A stretch of 64,000 nt of DNA from an uncultured Fibrobacterota bacterium (GCA_963753345.1 CAVWBU010000027.1:218447-282446), one strand, 5' to 3'; counted from the stretch's first letter, positions 50,088-58,097 are shown. The notes: a model not told the origin generated them from the letters alone. Numbers and translations are program-made.

Positions 50088-50310
50088 GCGGAAATCTCCC
50101 TGAATATCCGGTAAAATTCATCGTCCAGCACCACGGTTTGCCCATCTTCGCTATATGCAACTTCCAACGGTCGACCCTCGTAAGCCGTTTCGGTCCTCTG
50201 CGGGAAAGCGAAGGAAACGCCGCATCCTTCAGAATCAAAATAGTATTTACCGTGAGGTCAAGGCGAGGGCGTGAGAGGTGAGGTCAATGGTCAGGAGCAC
50301 TACCGAGGAC

Positions 50311-50368
50311 GGCAGTGGCACACTATTGTGATTATTGATCACACGGGGCACCCGTGCGCCAAGATTCT
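50311..50368. repeat. Copy 1 of a ~57-nt module found immediately 3' of three different ORFs
   Basis: GGCAGTGGCACACTATTGTGATTATTGATCACACGGGGCACCCGTGCGCCAAGATTCT. Compare 58500-58556 and 61491-61548. Confidence 0.75.
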
Positions 50369-50406
50369 ATTAGTTTCCAACTTGGAAATAAATGAAACCG
50401 CTCAAA

Positions 50407-52167
50407 TCACTTTTTCAAAACATCCTCAAACGCATTATTGATCGCATCCATCCATGTGGTTGGGACCTCACTAAGTGATGCCCACTGTGACACATGGTTG
50501 TACGCATGAAAAGGCTTGTCGTTGCCGGGCGGAGAGTATCCAAGAGCTTCTTCGAGACACTTGTTTAGTACAATCACATTCTTGGGTTCACCAACCGCAT
50601 CGAAAATAGGTTTGTTAAACTTCTCTGCTCCAGCAACACCATAATCGCCGTCATGAACTACAATCGGCTCAATACTCAACGCCCGCAGGTACTTCACAAG
50701 CGATATTATTGCTGCCTTCCCCCTTGCTTTTACTAATTGATACCGTGCAGCAATCTGCTTTTGTACCGCGTCTGGCAGCAACTTGAGGGTTTGCCTAATT
50801 GCCAATACTTCAGAGTCGCCTTCAACTACTATAACCTTCTCCGCAAAGAAGACACGCGACAGTTCATCGTCAAATGCCTGTACTATTTTTACCCGCGTCT
50901 TGTCCTCCGGAGGCAACTTGGCAAGCGCGGTGGAAACAACGTAATTGCATGCAACGACATTATCGGAGTCTTGTATTGCCATCCTGGTAATACTCTGTGG
51001 GTTTCGACTCAAATCGATCATCCATGGTGAATGCGTGGTACAAATGATCTGGTCAGATTCCCCTAAAGCATAGATTGTATCTCTAAGCATATTTGCCGCA
51101 GACGGATGGAGAAAAAGTTCAGGTTCCTCGAAGGCAACAAGCACAGGCCGCGTTTGAAGTTCCTTTTGTATTTTTAACCGTGCGTGGTAGCGAAGCATAG
51201 CGAACGCACATGTCCGAATCAGACCAGTCCCCTGCCGAGACACACCGGTTCGAATGTTGGAGAAGACTTTGATGTCGTATTTTGGGCGAAGAATCTCAAG
51301 CAAATCCTGCAAGGACGGTTCGATAGAAATGCCGCACTTTGGAAATACATCGGCAATAATAGTATTTATCTCGTTGACCAAACCATGGACAAGTGAGGCC
51401 TCATCAGCCGGATCCATTTGTTTTTCGAGTTGTTTAAGTCTACTTGTTATTTCACCTGCTATCGGAGTTGTGCCGATTAAGTCCTCAAAAAGCAGTGACA
51501 GACACTCACCAAGAGCATATTTTTTCTCGTCTGATTCAATTTCTCGCGCCTCTGTTAGAGCGGGAATGTGAATTAACCGAGGCAGACGGGACAGAACGTT
51601 TTGCGGTATGCCACCTGGGTTCGGCATCCAAGCCGGTTGTGCAGCCGTGTCAAAGTCAAGTACGTCTGGAATAGACTTCTCCCAGTCCCTTCCCAATTTG
51701 GCGTCGACTTCGTTTATGCCCAGCCCGTCTTCTACGATATCCACTGGGATACCCCCGTCGAGCAAATCCTTCACCTTCTTTGCCTTTTGGAACGCTGGCT
51801 TTAAAGTTGAGGGATACTCTTGAGTCTCAATCTTCGGCTTGGTTGTATCAGTTGTGAGCGTCTTGCGGTAGACGAACCTGTTGTTAACAACCCGTCCTCG
51901 AAAGCCGCGACTTGCCGCCACATCAGTCGGAATGTTCCCGAAGTGCGCAGTGATGATTGTTTGATCTGCGCGTGAGCCATCCTGCCGCTCTTGTATATCC
52001 TGTTGCGACAGTTTCTCTCTCTCAAGAGAAAGAAGGGCTTCTATCGCGGCAACGATGGAGCTTTTTGAAGTATTGTTCGGCCCAACAATGAATGTGGAGG
52101 GTTCAAAGCAAACGGTTGCTTTCTTAATGCGGCGAAAGTTTTCCAAGTCAAGCTGCAATAATCTCAT
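50407..52167 (-). CDS. OLD-family nuclease (ABC-type ATPase plus C-terminal TOPRIM)
   Basis: Walker A-like GPNNTSKSS, signature-like RQGTGLIR, Walker B VLVAFEEPELFLHP, H-loop TTHSP. TOPRIM motifs VIVVEGDSE and VHDGD. Confidence 0.8.
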   Translation of the reverse strand: MRLLQLDLENFRRIKKATVCFEPSTFIVGPNNTSKSSIVAAIEALLSLEREKLSQQDIQERQDGSRADQTIITAHFGNIPTDVAASRGFRGRVVNNRFVYRKTLTTDTTKPKIETQEYPSTLKPAFQKAKKVKDLLDGGIPVDIVEDGLGINEVDAKLGRDWEKSIPDVLDFDTAAQPAWMPNPGGIPQNVLSRLPRLIHIPALTEAREIESDEKKYALGECLSLLFEDLIGTTPIAGEITSRLKQLEKQMDPADEASLVHGLVNEINTIIADVFPKCGISIEPSLQDLLEILRPKYDIKVFSNIRTGVSRQGTGLIRTCAFAMLRYHARLKIQKELQTRPVLVAFEEPELFLHPSAANMLRDTIYALGESDQIICTTHSPWMIDLSRNPQSITRMAIQDSDNVVACNYVVSTALAKLPPEDKTRVKIVQAFDDELSRVFFAEKVIVVEGDSEVLAIRQTLKLLPDAVQKQIAARYQLVKARGKAAIISLVKYLRALSIEPIVVHDGDYGVAGAEKFNKPIFDAVGEPKNVIVLNKCLEEALGYSPPGNDKPFHAYNHVSQWASLSEVPTTWMDAINNAFEDVLKK

Positions 52168-52272
52168 TCATGTCTCCAGGTTAATAATCATCATTAAAAA
52201 CGCGCGCTCTCGCTTAACATTCTTCCTAATCGCCAACACATTAATGACATTCCCGGCGGCAATCTATTCTGG

Positions 52273-53547
52273 TCATACCGTACTATTCTCGTCGTGGTCC
52301 AACTCAAGCAAGGTCAGCCCTTCAATTTCCTGCAGTGTCTTCCCAGCTATTCCCTGCAAATCCCCATACATTCCTACAGTTGCCTGCATGACGTGCTCTA
52401 TTTGTTGTTGACGTTTTGCCCATTGTTTTGTAATCGCTTTTTTCTCTTTATCAAGGTCTTCCTGCATTGAGGTAAACGCTTCTATTATAGCCTGCACACG
52501 CTGACGAAAACGGGGACCTGTAAGGTACTGGTAAATCATCTCCGTTTTCGTCTGCTGACCTTCAGACACACGGCGAGCCGACGAGATTTCAAGTAACATA
52601 TGTCGAAGTGCAAATGCAACGGGTATTGTTGCTGTTGGGTGCGAAACCCACACCCCTTCGACAAACCCAAAGGTTTCCACACTTTTCGGGAGAACTTGAG
52701 TGATAATAACAGCTATCTCGCCCTTTGCATTTCGCAGATCATCCCGCAACTTGGCAAGCCAGCCGTCGCTCCAATTCTTCGTTCTTTTTGATTCCCACAA
52801 TATCGTGCCGCAAATTTGCCCGCTAGAATCATTCACTCGTTGCAACACATCTCCCCCGAATTCGCCCTTGGGTACCGGTTCTATTGTATCGCGTGGAAAG
52901 TTCGTTCTCAATAGCGCTTCAAGCTCAATTTCCTGAACTTCCCCTTGAAGTTGCTCGGAACCTTGTTCTGCCTTACGTTTGAGTTCTTCAATCTGTCTCT
53001 GCATTGACGAAATGGTCTGCTCCTTTTCCATCACTTTGAGCTTCATTTGCTCTTCAGTTTCTTTGCGAGCCTGTTCGCGTATTGCATCCAGTCCCTCCTG
53101 GACGCGCTTTTCAATATTCAAATTCATTTCTCTCTTCGCATCGTCAAGCTCGCGTTGTTTTCGGATTAACTCAGCTTGCGCTTCCTGGGCTTCGGAAAGC
53201 TTCTTGTCGCGCTGCAGAAGAACTTCTTGAAGTTCAGCAAGCTGTTTGTCTTTGCTCTCCAGGTCGTTGGAGAGAATCGTTCTTGCTTTCTTTAGTTCTT
53301 CCGCGGCTATTTTTGAGCGCTCTTGTTCTATTTTCTCTGTGACTTGTTGTTGAATAGTCTCTTTTTCCCTGCCGATGGCTTCCTCGCGAGCCTTAAGTGC
53401 CTTTTCCTGAGCAGCAATATCCACGTCCTTCTTAGCAATCCGATCCTCATAATCACGTTTAGTTGCCTCGATAAGTGGCGCAGCAAGAGATTCGGTAAGC
53501 CTTATTTCATTCTTGCATTTCGGACAGATTATGGTCGGTTCATTCAT
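52273..53547 (-). CDS. DUF2130-type protein: N-terminal zinc ribbon, long coiled coil, C-terminal PD-(D/E)xK-like domain
   Basis: CPKCKNEI. About 200 aa of E/K/Q-rich heptad-like sequence. GGDVLQRV..GTILWESKRTKNW block. Confidence 0.7.
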   Translation of the reverse strand: MNEPTIICPKCKNEIRLTESLAAPLIEATKRDYEDRIAKKDVDIAAQEKALKAREEAIGREKETIQQQVTEKIEQERSKIAAEELKKARTILSNDLESKDKQLAELQEVLLQRDKKLSEAQEAQAELIRKQRELDDAKREMNLNIEKRVQEGLDAIREQARKETEEQMKLKVMEKEQTISSMQRQIEELKRKAEQGSEQLQGEVQEIELEALLRTNFPRDTIEPVPKGEFGGDVLQRVNDSSGQICGTILWESKRTKNWSDGWLAKLRDDLRNAKGEIAVIITQVLPKSVETFGFVEGVWVSHPTATIPVAFALRHMLLEISSARRVSEGQQTKTEMIYQYLTGPRFRQRVQAIIEAFTSMQEDLDKEKKAITKQWAKRQQQIEHVMQATVGMYGDLQGIAGKTLQEIEGLTLLELDHDENSTV

Positions 53548-53629
53548 TGCTTACTCCCCACCAGGGCCAGATAAGTTGAATAGATTGCAAGTTCGTGAGC
53601 AGATGTTTTTTGTTCTTTGTCCCTAGGTT

Positions 53630-53923
53630 TCATACATGGCAATGAATAATCTTCATTGCTTTATCATTTGGATTATAGAAAGGTCTGTCCTGAGCGAATA
53701 TCTTCTCAGTAATCGAAAGCGAAGATATTTTTGATACATCAAAGAGTTTCCATTCAACAGGCCTGCCAGATTCACTATAACCCCCTGTTTGGTAACCGCG
53801 CAGGACTTCATTGCCAGCGGTACTAATCCCGTGGCAATGTGGTTCAACTGTACGCATTCCGCCGTCGTAATCAAACTGGATTATCGCTCTTTTAGCTATT
53901 GCATCGCAAATTAGTGCGTTCAT
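53630..53923 (-). CDS. Stand-alone WYL-like (SH3-barrel) small protein
   Basis: 97 aa: IIQFDYDGGMRTVEPHCHGISTAGNEVLRGYQTGGYSESGRPVEWKLFDVSKISSL. This fits the WYL-domain pattern as I recall it. Confidence 0.5.
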   Translation of the reverse strand: MNALICDAIAKRAIIQFDYDGGMRTVEPHCHGISTAGNEVLRGYQTGGYSESGRPVEWKLFDVSKISSLSITEKIFAQDRPFYNPNDKAMKIIHCHV

Positions 53924-54021
53924 GATCCCTCCTTATGATAATGCCGGTAAGTAGTGGAGAATTCCTAACAAGACATGTTTCAAACAACTTGCTTGCACCC
54001 GGGGCACATTTATCGATAAAA

Positions 54022-54312
54022 TCATTTGCCGCACGTCTCACTGACATTTGCCGACGCGAGTTTGGTGGCATCTCTAATTTGCAGGGTTTTGCCTGTTTCT
54101 CCATTATGCGCCTTGCACATCGGAACAATGTACCAACCACTGTCCGTGGTGCCTTCTTTCTGGACATGCGCTCCAACTTCTGGCTTCTCATAGCAGGTAA
54201 GTACTGTGCAATAAGGTGGTAATGATTGACCGCTGTAATTCTCCCAATGCTCAAGCCAGCTGCCGCATTTGCATGTGTTGTCACTGGTACCATTGATGTT
54301 CTTTACCTTCAT
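54022..54312 (-). CDS. Small Cys-rich protein with an HNH-like/treble-clef signature
   Basis: ATG 54312 follows a strong RBS (AAGGAGGG). Sequence CKCGSWLEHW..CTVLTC..GAHV..WYIVPMCKAHN. Confidence 0.45.
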   Translation of the reverse strand: MKVKNINGTSDNTCKCGSWLEHWENYSGQSLPPYCTVLTCYEKPEVGAHVQKEGTTDSGWYIVPMCKAHNGETGKTLQIRDATKLASANVSETCGK

Positions 54313-54417
54313 AAAGCCCTCCTTAGGATTGGTTAGACGATTAAATTGTGCCACAAATACGATATCAATACAGCCCAGACATAAAAATCCGTGCCCAAGA
54401 ATACCCAGATAGATAGT

Positions 54418-54789
54418 TCACCCCGCAATCCTCCCCATCTCCTCCTCAATAATCTTCCCCAGCACTTTCAGCGGCACCGGTTTTCCCAGCACGGTCACGT
54501 TGAGCGCCTTCATTTCCTTTTCCGCAATTTCCGGAACAAACCCTGAGAGCAACACTTTCCTCACGTGGGCGGGCGCGGCCGCGGCGAGTTGCATGCCGTC
54601 AATATATGGCATCCTGTAGTCGGTTACAAGAAGATCGATGGGATTGTTCTGCACGAAATCGCGCGCGGTTTGGGCATTGGTGAAGCTATGGACTTGCGCC
54701 TGGGGAGCTTCAAGGTTTATGAAGCTTGTCAGGATGTCTGTGATGAACTGTTCGTCGTCCACGACCACTACTTCGAGTTCGAGTTTCAT
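54418..54789 (-). CDS. Single-domain (CheY-like) response regulator, orphan
   Basis: VVVVDDE, LLVTDYRMPYIDG and LGKPV motifs. No kinase gene is nearby. Confidence 0.8.
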   Translation of the reverse strand: MKLELEVVVVDDEQFITDILTSFINLEAPQAQVHSFTNAQTARDFVQNNPIDLLVTDYRMPYIDGMQLAAAAPAHVRKVLLSGFVPEIAEKEMKALNVTVLGKPVPLKVLGKIIEEEMGRIAG

Positions 54790-54858
54790 AATTCTCCTTG
54801 GAGGCGGCTGCCTTTGGCGCCGGAAGCGGACATGTTCATTATACTATAAAGGGGTTCT

Positions 54859-54887
54859 CAAGAACGGAACCTTATGTTCCGTTCTTG
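54859..54887. promoter_or_regulatory. Perfect 12-bp-arm palindrome next to a TATAAT upstream of the orphan receiver gene
   Basis: CAAGAACGGAAC-cttat-GTTCCGTTCTTG. The minus strand continues ..GAGAACCCCTTTATAGTATAATGAAC about 50 nt before the ATG at 54789. Confidence 0.35.
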
Positions 54888-54903
54888 CATGTGCAGATAG
54901 CAA

Positions 54904-55152
54904 GAATCTGGGCGTTCCCCCGCTTCGCATGAAGACACAAGACTTGGGCGCCCCGCCGAGTACGGCGGCGGCCCTCGCTCCGGTCCACCCCTTCGGGTGC
55001 TTCCAAGGGTCGTCGGCCTTCGGCCTCCGGCCGCCACGGCCCAATGCCGCGGCAGCGGCGGGTCCGGGCGTCACCGCGTTCCAACGCGGCCTCCGTTCCG
55101 GCCTGGCGCTGGGCATAGGACACTACCCAACGTCAATAGTCGCCTGCGCATA
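54904..55152. repeat. GC-rich structured repeat X
   Basis: Shares its 5' end GAAT(C)TGGGCGTTCCC and its 3' ~75 nt (hairpin, CCTCC, CGCTGGGCA.AGG.ACA.TACCCA..GTCAATA...GC.TGCGCA) with 58098-58296. Confidence 0.75.
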
Positions 55153-55370
55153 TTTGGTTTGTCTTGGCCTTCCTGCCGCCATCAGTGGCGCAGCCGCGCA
55201 CGGAGTTGTTGAGAACGAGTTGTTTTTGGTTTTTCTTATCGCCATCAGCGCCGCTCCATGGGACCGGCGGATTGGTCCGCTCGCGTCGTTCAAGGCCGGC
55301 ATCTTTTGAGGATTGGAAAAATGTCCTGCCGGACGCGTTCGCGAGCGGCCTGCCGGCCACATGGGTATCG

Positions 55371-55647
55371 GCGGCGCTGCAGGCGCGGCATGGGGATGCA
55401 AGGGGTGCTTGCTGAAGAGCACCCCTTGCTCGGGGTTCGGGGCTGAAGGCCCCGACCCGTTTGTACGCGGCCCGCAGGCCGCGGGACCGGGCGGAGCTGC
55501 AGGCGCGGCACGGGGGTCCAGGGGGCGCTTGCTGCAGACAAGGCAAACGACACAATATCTGGCGCGGAGCGCCAACTACTTCTCCTTGGGGAACGGAAGT
55601 GACAACGCCCCTTGGTCGGGGTTCGGGGGCGACCCTCCGACCCCGTT
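55371..55647. repeat. Two copies of a double-hairpin module, the second with a ~70-nt insert in its first loop
   Basis: Copy 55371-55462 has GCAAGGGGTGC-loop-GCACCCCTTGC then CGGGGTTCGGGGC..GCCCCGACCCG. Copy 55491-55647 has CCAGGGGGCGC..GCGCCCCTTGG then CGGGGTTCGGGGGC..CCGACCCCG. Confidence 0.75.
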
Positions 55648-55711
55648 CTACCGCAGCGCGAGGGTGCCGGGCGCCTCGGATTTATTGAGCCAGTCGAGAA
55701 GGGGCATTTGT
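55648..55711 (-). pseudogene. Stub of a gene 5' end (MPLLDWLNKSEAPGTLALR*), duplicate of 57841-57880
   Basis: ATG at 55707. 37 of about 39 nt are identical to the start of the methyltransferase fragment at 57876. It runs into repeat DNA after 19 codons. Confidence 0.5.
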
Positions 55712-55775
55712 CCTATTTATTCCTGCTGGTTTGCGAACCTGGATACTTGTTTCCCTTGCGAGGTCCGCGAAAGAT

Positions 55776-56216
55776 TTACAGATGCTTTACCGTAAGGCCG
55801 CTAAATTGCTTTTGCAGGTATTCGGCAGCCAATCGCCTGTGGCATTTGTCGGGCGTTGACTCGGAGCACAAGAGACATGACATATTAAGTTGTTCAATCG
55901 ACATCGTTTTGTGTGGAGCCCTCAGGTTAATCAGCGCATTGTACTTCGTTTCGTATTCGGCCCAGGAGATCAGCTTCTTATGATAGCCATCCAGCAGTTC
56001 TTTTGATGGCGCGAAATCCGGGATATGCCTGTATGAACAATGACAAACGACCTCAAGGAAAAACTGCAAGTCCTCCCTTTTTGAATATCCTGCAAGTTGA
56101 GAGGAGTTGTTAAGCCTTACGTCAATTAATTGAACAACACGATTTTGATTGAGGATAGTGAAAAACGTGCGGGCAGGCTTCTTAGTAAACCCTATTGTGT
56201 ACAGTACTGCTTCCAT
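55776..56216 (-). CDS. DUF488-family protein (short form)
   Basis: MEAVLYTIGFTKK N-terminus and LLCSESTPDKCHRRLAAEYL (C-x-E..CHR motif). Confidence 0.75.
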   Translation of the reverse strand: MEAVLYTIGFTKKPARTFFTILNQNRVVQLIDVRLNNSSQLAGYSKREDLQFFLEVVCHCSYRHIPDFAPSKELLDGYHKKLISWAEYETKYNALINLRAPHKTMSIEQLNMSCLLCSESTPDKCHRRLAAEYLQKQFSGLTVKHL

Positions 56217-56820
56217 TGCTTGCTTCCTCGGGATTAGAGAATGATTCATCTACATAAGCGATGGAATCGCCTTGAATGCGATACGCCTCCTCAACAAGCT
56301 GGGCGTGAGTCCTAAGAAGATCTGGTCCGTCAAGGTGAACCATTGAGAGAAGACGTTCTTCAATATGGTCTTGAGGTTCGATATCTCCATCGCACAGTAT
56401 GTGTTCTATTTCCTTAACATCATTCCGCAAGTTCTTGCAAATCAGAATGGTCCTATGGCACATTATAGGGTCTTTCTCGGCGCACATCAGAGCGATGTTA
56501 TGATTTAAAAGGCCATCCACAATGCGCTTGAGACCTTTTCTGAAGAGCGGGTGTCTGGAAATAAGAGCATAATCGGCCTTACCATCGATGTAGCATTCAG
56601 GTGCACTAATCCTCGCTCCACATTCATTACCGAGGAAAACATAGTAGATTCCGTTATCGCGCAGAAATGCTTTTATGGTTTCACGATTGTAGTCGGGCTT
56701 AAATTTGCTGAATGGTTGTGAGCGGACATCCGCAACAGCTGAAATACCGTATTGTCTAATCGCATGCAAGAAATCTGCATTGGTGAAGCAGGAATAGCCA
56801 ATTGTGAAGAGCTTGTGCAT
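56182..56820 (-). CDS. DUF488-family protein (long form with a ~60-aa C-terminal extension)
   Basis: MHKLFTIGYS, VADVRSQPFSK, and LMCAEKDPIMCHRTILI. Confidence 0.75.
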   Translation of the reverse strand: MHKLFTIGYSCFTNADFLHAIRQYGISAVADVRSQPFSKFKPDYNRETIKAFLRDNGIYYVFLGNECGARISAPECYIDGKADYALISRHPLFRKGLKRIVDGLLNHNIALMCAEKDPIMCHRTILICKNLRNDVKEIEHILCDGDIEPQDHIEERLLSMVHLDGPDLLRTHAQLVEEAYRIQGDSIAYVDESFSNPEEASNGSSTVHNRVY

Positions 56821-56829
56821 GCTTGCGGT

Positions 56830-57531
56830 CTATTTCTCTATGATTGTGGCTGCCAACTTATAGTGATACCCGTTGAAGGGCTTCGTCAAACTGATGCAGA
56901 GCAAACAACCCTTTGACTTTAGAAGTACCTTTCGCGCCGGACTACCCGGTCCTGGAAACGGCTTGAAGTACTTGATGTCAATATCCGGGTCAGTAATGGC
57001 AAGATCAAAATCCGACCCGCCATAGGAAAATAGTGCACGCCGTCGTTTCTGGTCATGGCCTTCAAATTCGTTGTAAATTGTTGATATTTGCATGCGAAAA
57101 TTCGCAGGTTCCACGATGCAAAGAGATGACTTTGATTTTTGTGAAAGGAAGAAGGTTGATGAAACCCTATCGGACATCCTACGCGGTTCAATCCAAAGAT
57201 TCTGAGGATGTTCAGTAAGAACAGCTAGTGATTCTTTTCGCAAAGTCCCGATTCTTTCCCAGCGGCCGGGCGAAATCAGCCAGTTCTCCGGCTGGGTTTC
57301 GGACGGGGCAGGTTCAATGCAGGGAAGTTTGACGATGTCCAATATGCCGGGAGTGTTACCGTTTGAATATGAAATGTCATGAAGTGACAGAGCGCCATCA
57401 TCATGTTGTGAGACCGGTCTTATCCAGACCCCAGCCACAAGACGGCCCGTTTTCCGGATAATTTCCTTTCCTGCCACGCAGTATTGTCCGTGCTTGACAG
57501 ACCTTGCAAGAATCACTATTTCCTTTTGCAT
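56830..57531 (-). CDS. Hypothetical 233-aa protein, first gene of the DUF488 cassette
   Basis: N-terminus MQKEIVILARSVKHGQYCVAGKEI..GVWIRPVS. Its stop lies 10 nt before the next ATG. It may match a dual-OB-fold family I recall only vaguely. Confidence 0.55.
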   Translation of the reverse strand: MQKEIVILARSVKHGQYCVAGKEIIRKTGRLVAGVWIRPVSQHDDGALSLHDISYSNGNTPGILDIVKLPCIEPAPSETQPENWLISPGRWERIGTLRKESLAVLTEHPQNLWIEPRRMSDRVSSTFFLSQKSKSSLCIVEPANFRMQISTIYNEFEGHDQKRRRALFSYGGSDFDLAITDPDIDIKYFKPFPGPGSPARKVLLKSKGCLLCISLTKPFNGYHYKLAATIIEK

Positions 57532-57635
57532 TTAGCCACCCGCCACGACAGAAGATAATGGCGCCTCAGAGAAAAATGCATAATGCAGCTGTCAAAAGCA
57601 CGATTTTGGTGCAAGGTTTCTACATCCAGTTGCCG

Positions 57636-57876
57636 CTACAGAACATGTAATGTCTTTCGCCTCGGTTTTTCCGCGCGGGGCTCGTCCACCTGCTCGATAA
57701 CCTGGAACGGCAATACAATGTTCGTAACTTCGTTGGTCTTGCCGTTCCACACAAGCTCGACCTCGCGCTTGTCTTCGAACAACAGGAAACGGTACTTGTC
57801 CGGAAGCGGCTTGTCCGCTTCGATGCGGCGGCTTTGAGGGCTTCGGATTTATTGTGAGCCAGTCGAGAAGGGGCAT
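57636..57876 (-). pseudogene. N-terminal fragment of an adenine-specific DNA methyltransferase (type III Mod / stand-alone type), frameshifted and truncated
   Basis: ATG 57876 gives MPLLDWL... A second frame reads IEADKPLPDKYRFLLFEDKREVELVWNGKTNEVTNIVLPFQVIEQVDEPRAEK then stops. The W-x-GK ... LPFQ-x-IE ... EPR pattern is typical of the N-terminus of such methylases, and no catalytic part follows. Confidence 0.5.
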
Positions 57877-58097
57877 TTGTGAAGAGGTCTCCTATTGCGG
57901 CTTCAGAAAGGTGCGACTTTGAACGATCAATCTTAAAATAGGATTTGAGAAGGGGGGTGGCGTGGGATTTCGGAGAACCAGAGTCGAATGCCGTGGGAAT
58001 AATGATGCGATAACTAAATAAATCAAATTCAATTTTGGATTGCTGAGCCGGTGCGGCGCGGATGTACCCGTGGCAAGACCAGCAACAAGATAAGAAA

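Noticed and set aside
50002-50238. 78-aa minus-strand ORF (MILKDAAFPSL...)
   Set aside because: It has a TTG start without an RBS and overlaps the better-supported 51-aa ORF and the coupled upstream frame. Its composition is not protein-like.
52168-52272. GTTAA...TTAAC inverted repeat between the DUF2130 and OLD genes as a recombination site
   Set aside because: It has only 5-bp arms, is not repeated elsewhere in the window, and is compatible with a chance occurrence.
54904-55152. X/X' as a housekeeping structured RNA (tmRNA, RNase P RNA, SRP RNA, 6S RNA), group II intron or retron ncRNA
   Set aside because: None of the signature motifs I know is present (tmRNA tag ORF or tRNA-like end, the RNase P GAGGAAAGUCC block, the SRP GGAA tetraloop helix, group II domain V). 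No reverse transcriptase gene is present, and there are two copies in one locus.
54844-55795. Multiple overlapping 60-220-aa ORFs on both strands, rich in Ala/Pro/Arg/Gly
   Set aside because: They are generated by GC-rich hairpin repeats. They are mutually overlapping in several frames and lack RBS or family signal, so the region is treated as non-coding.
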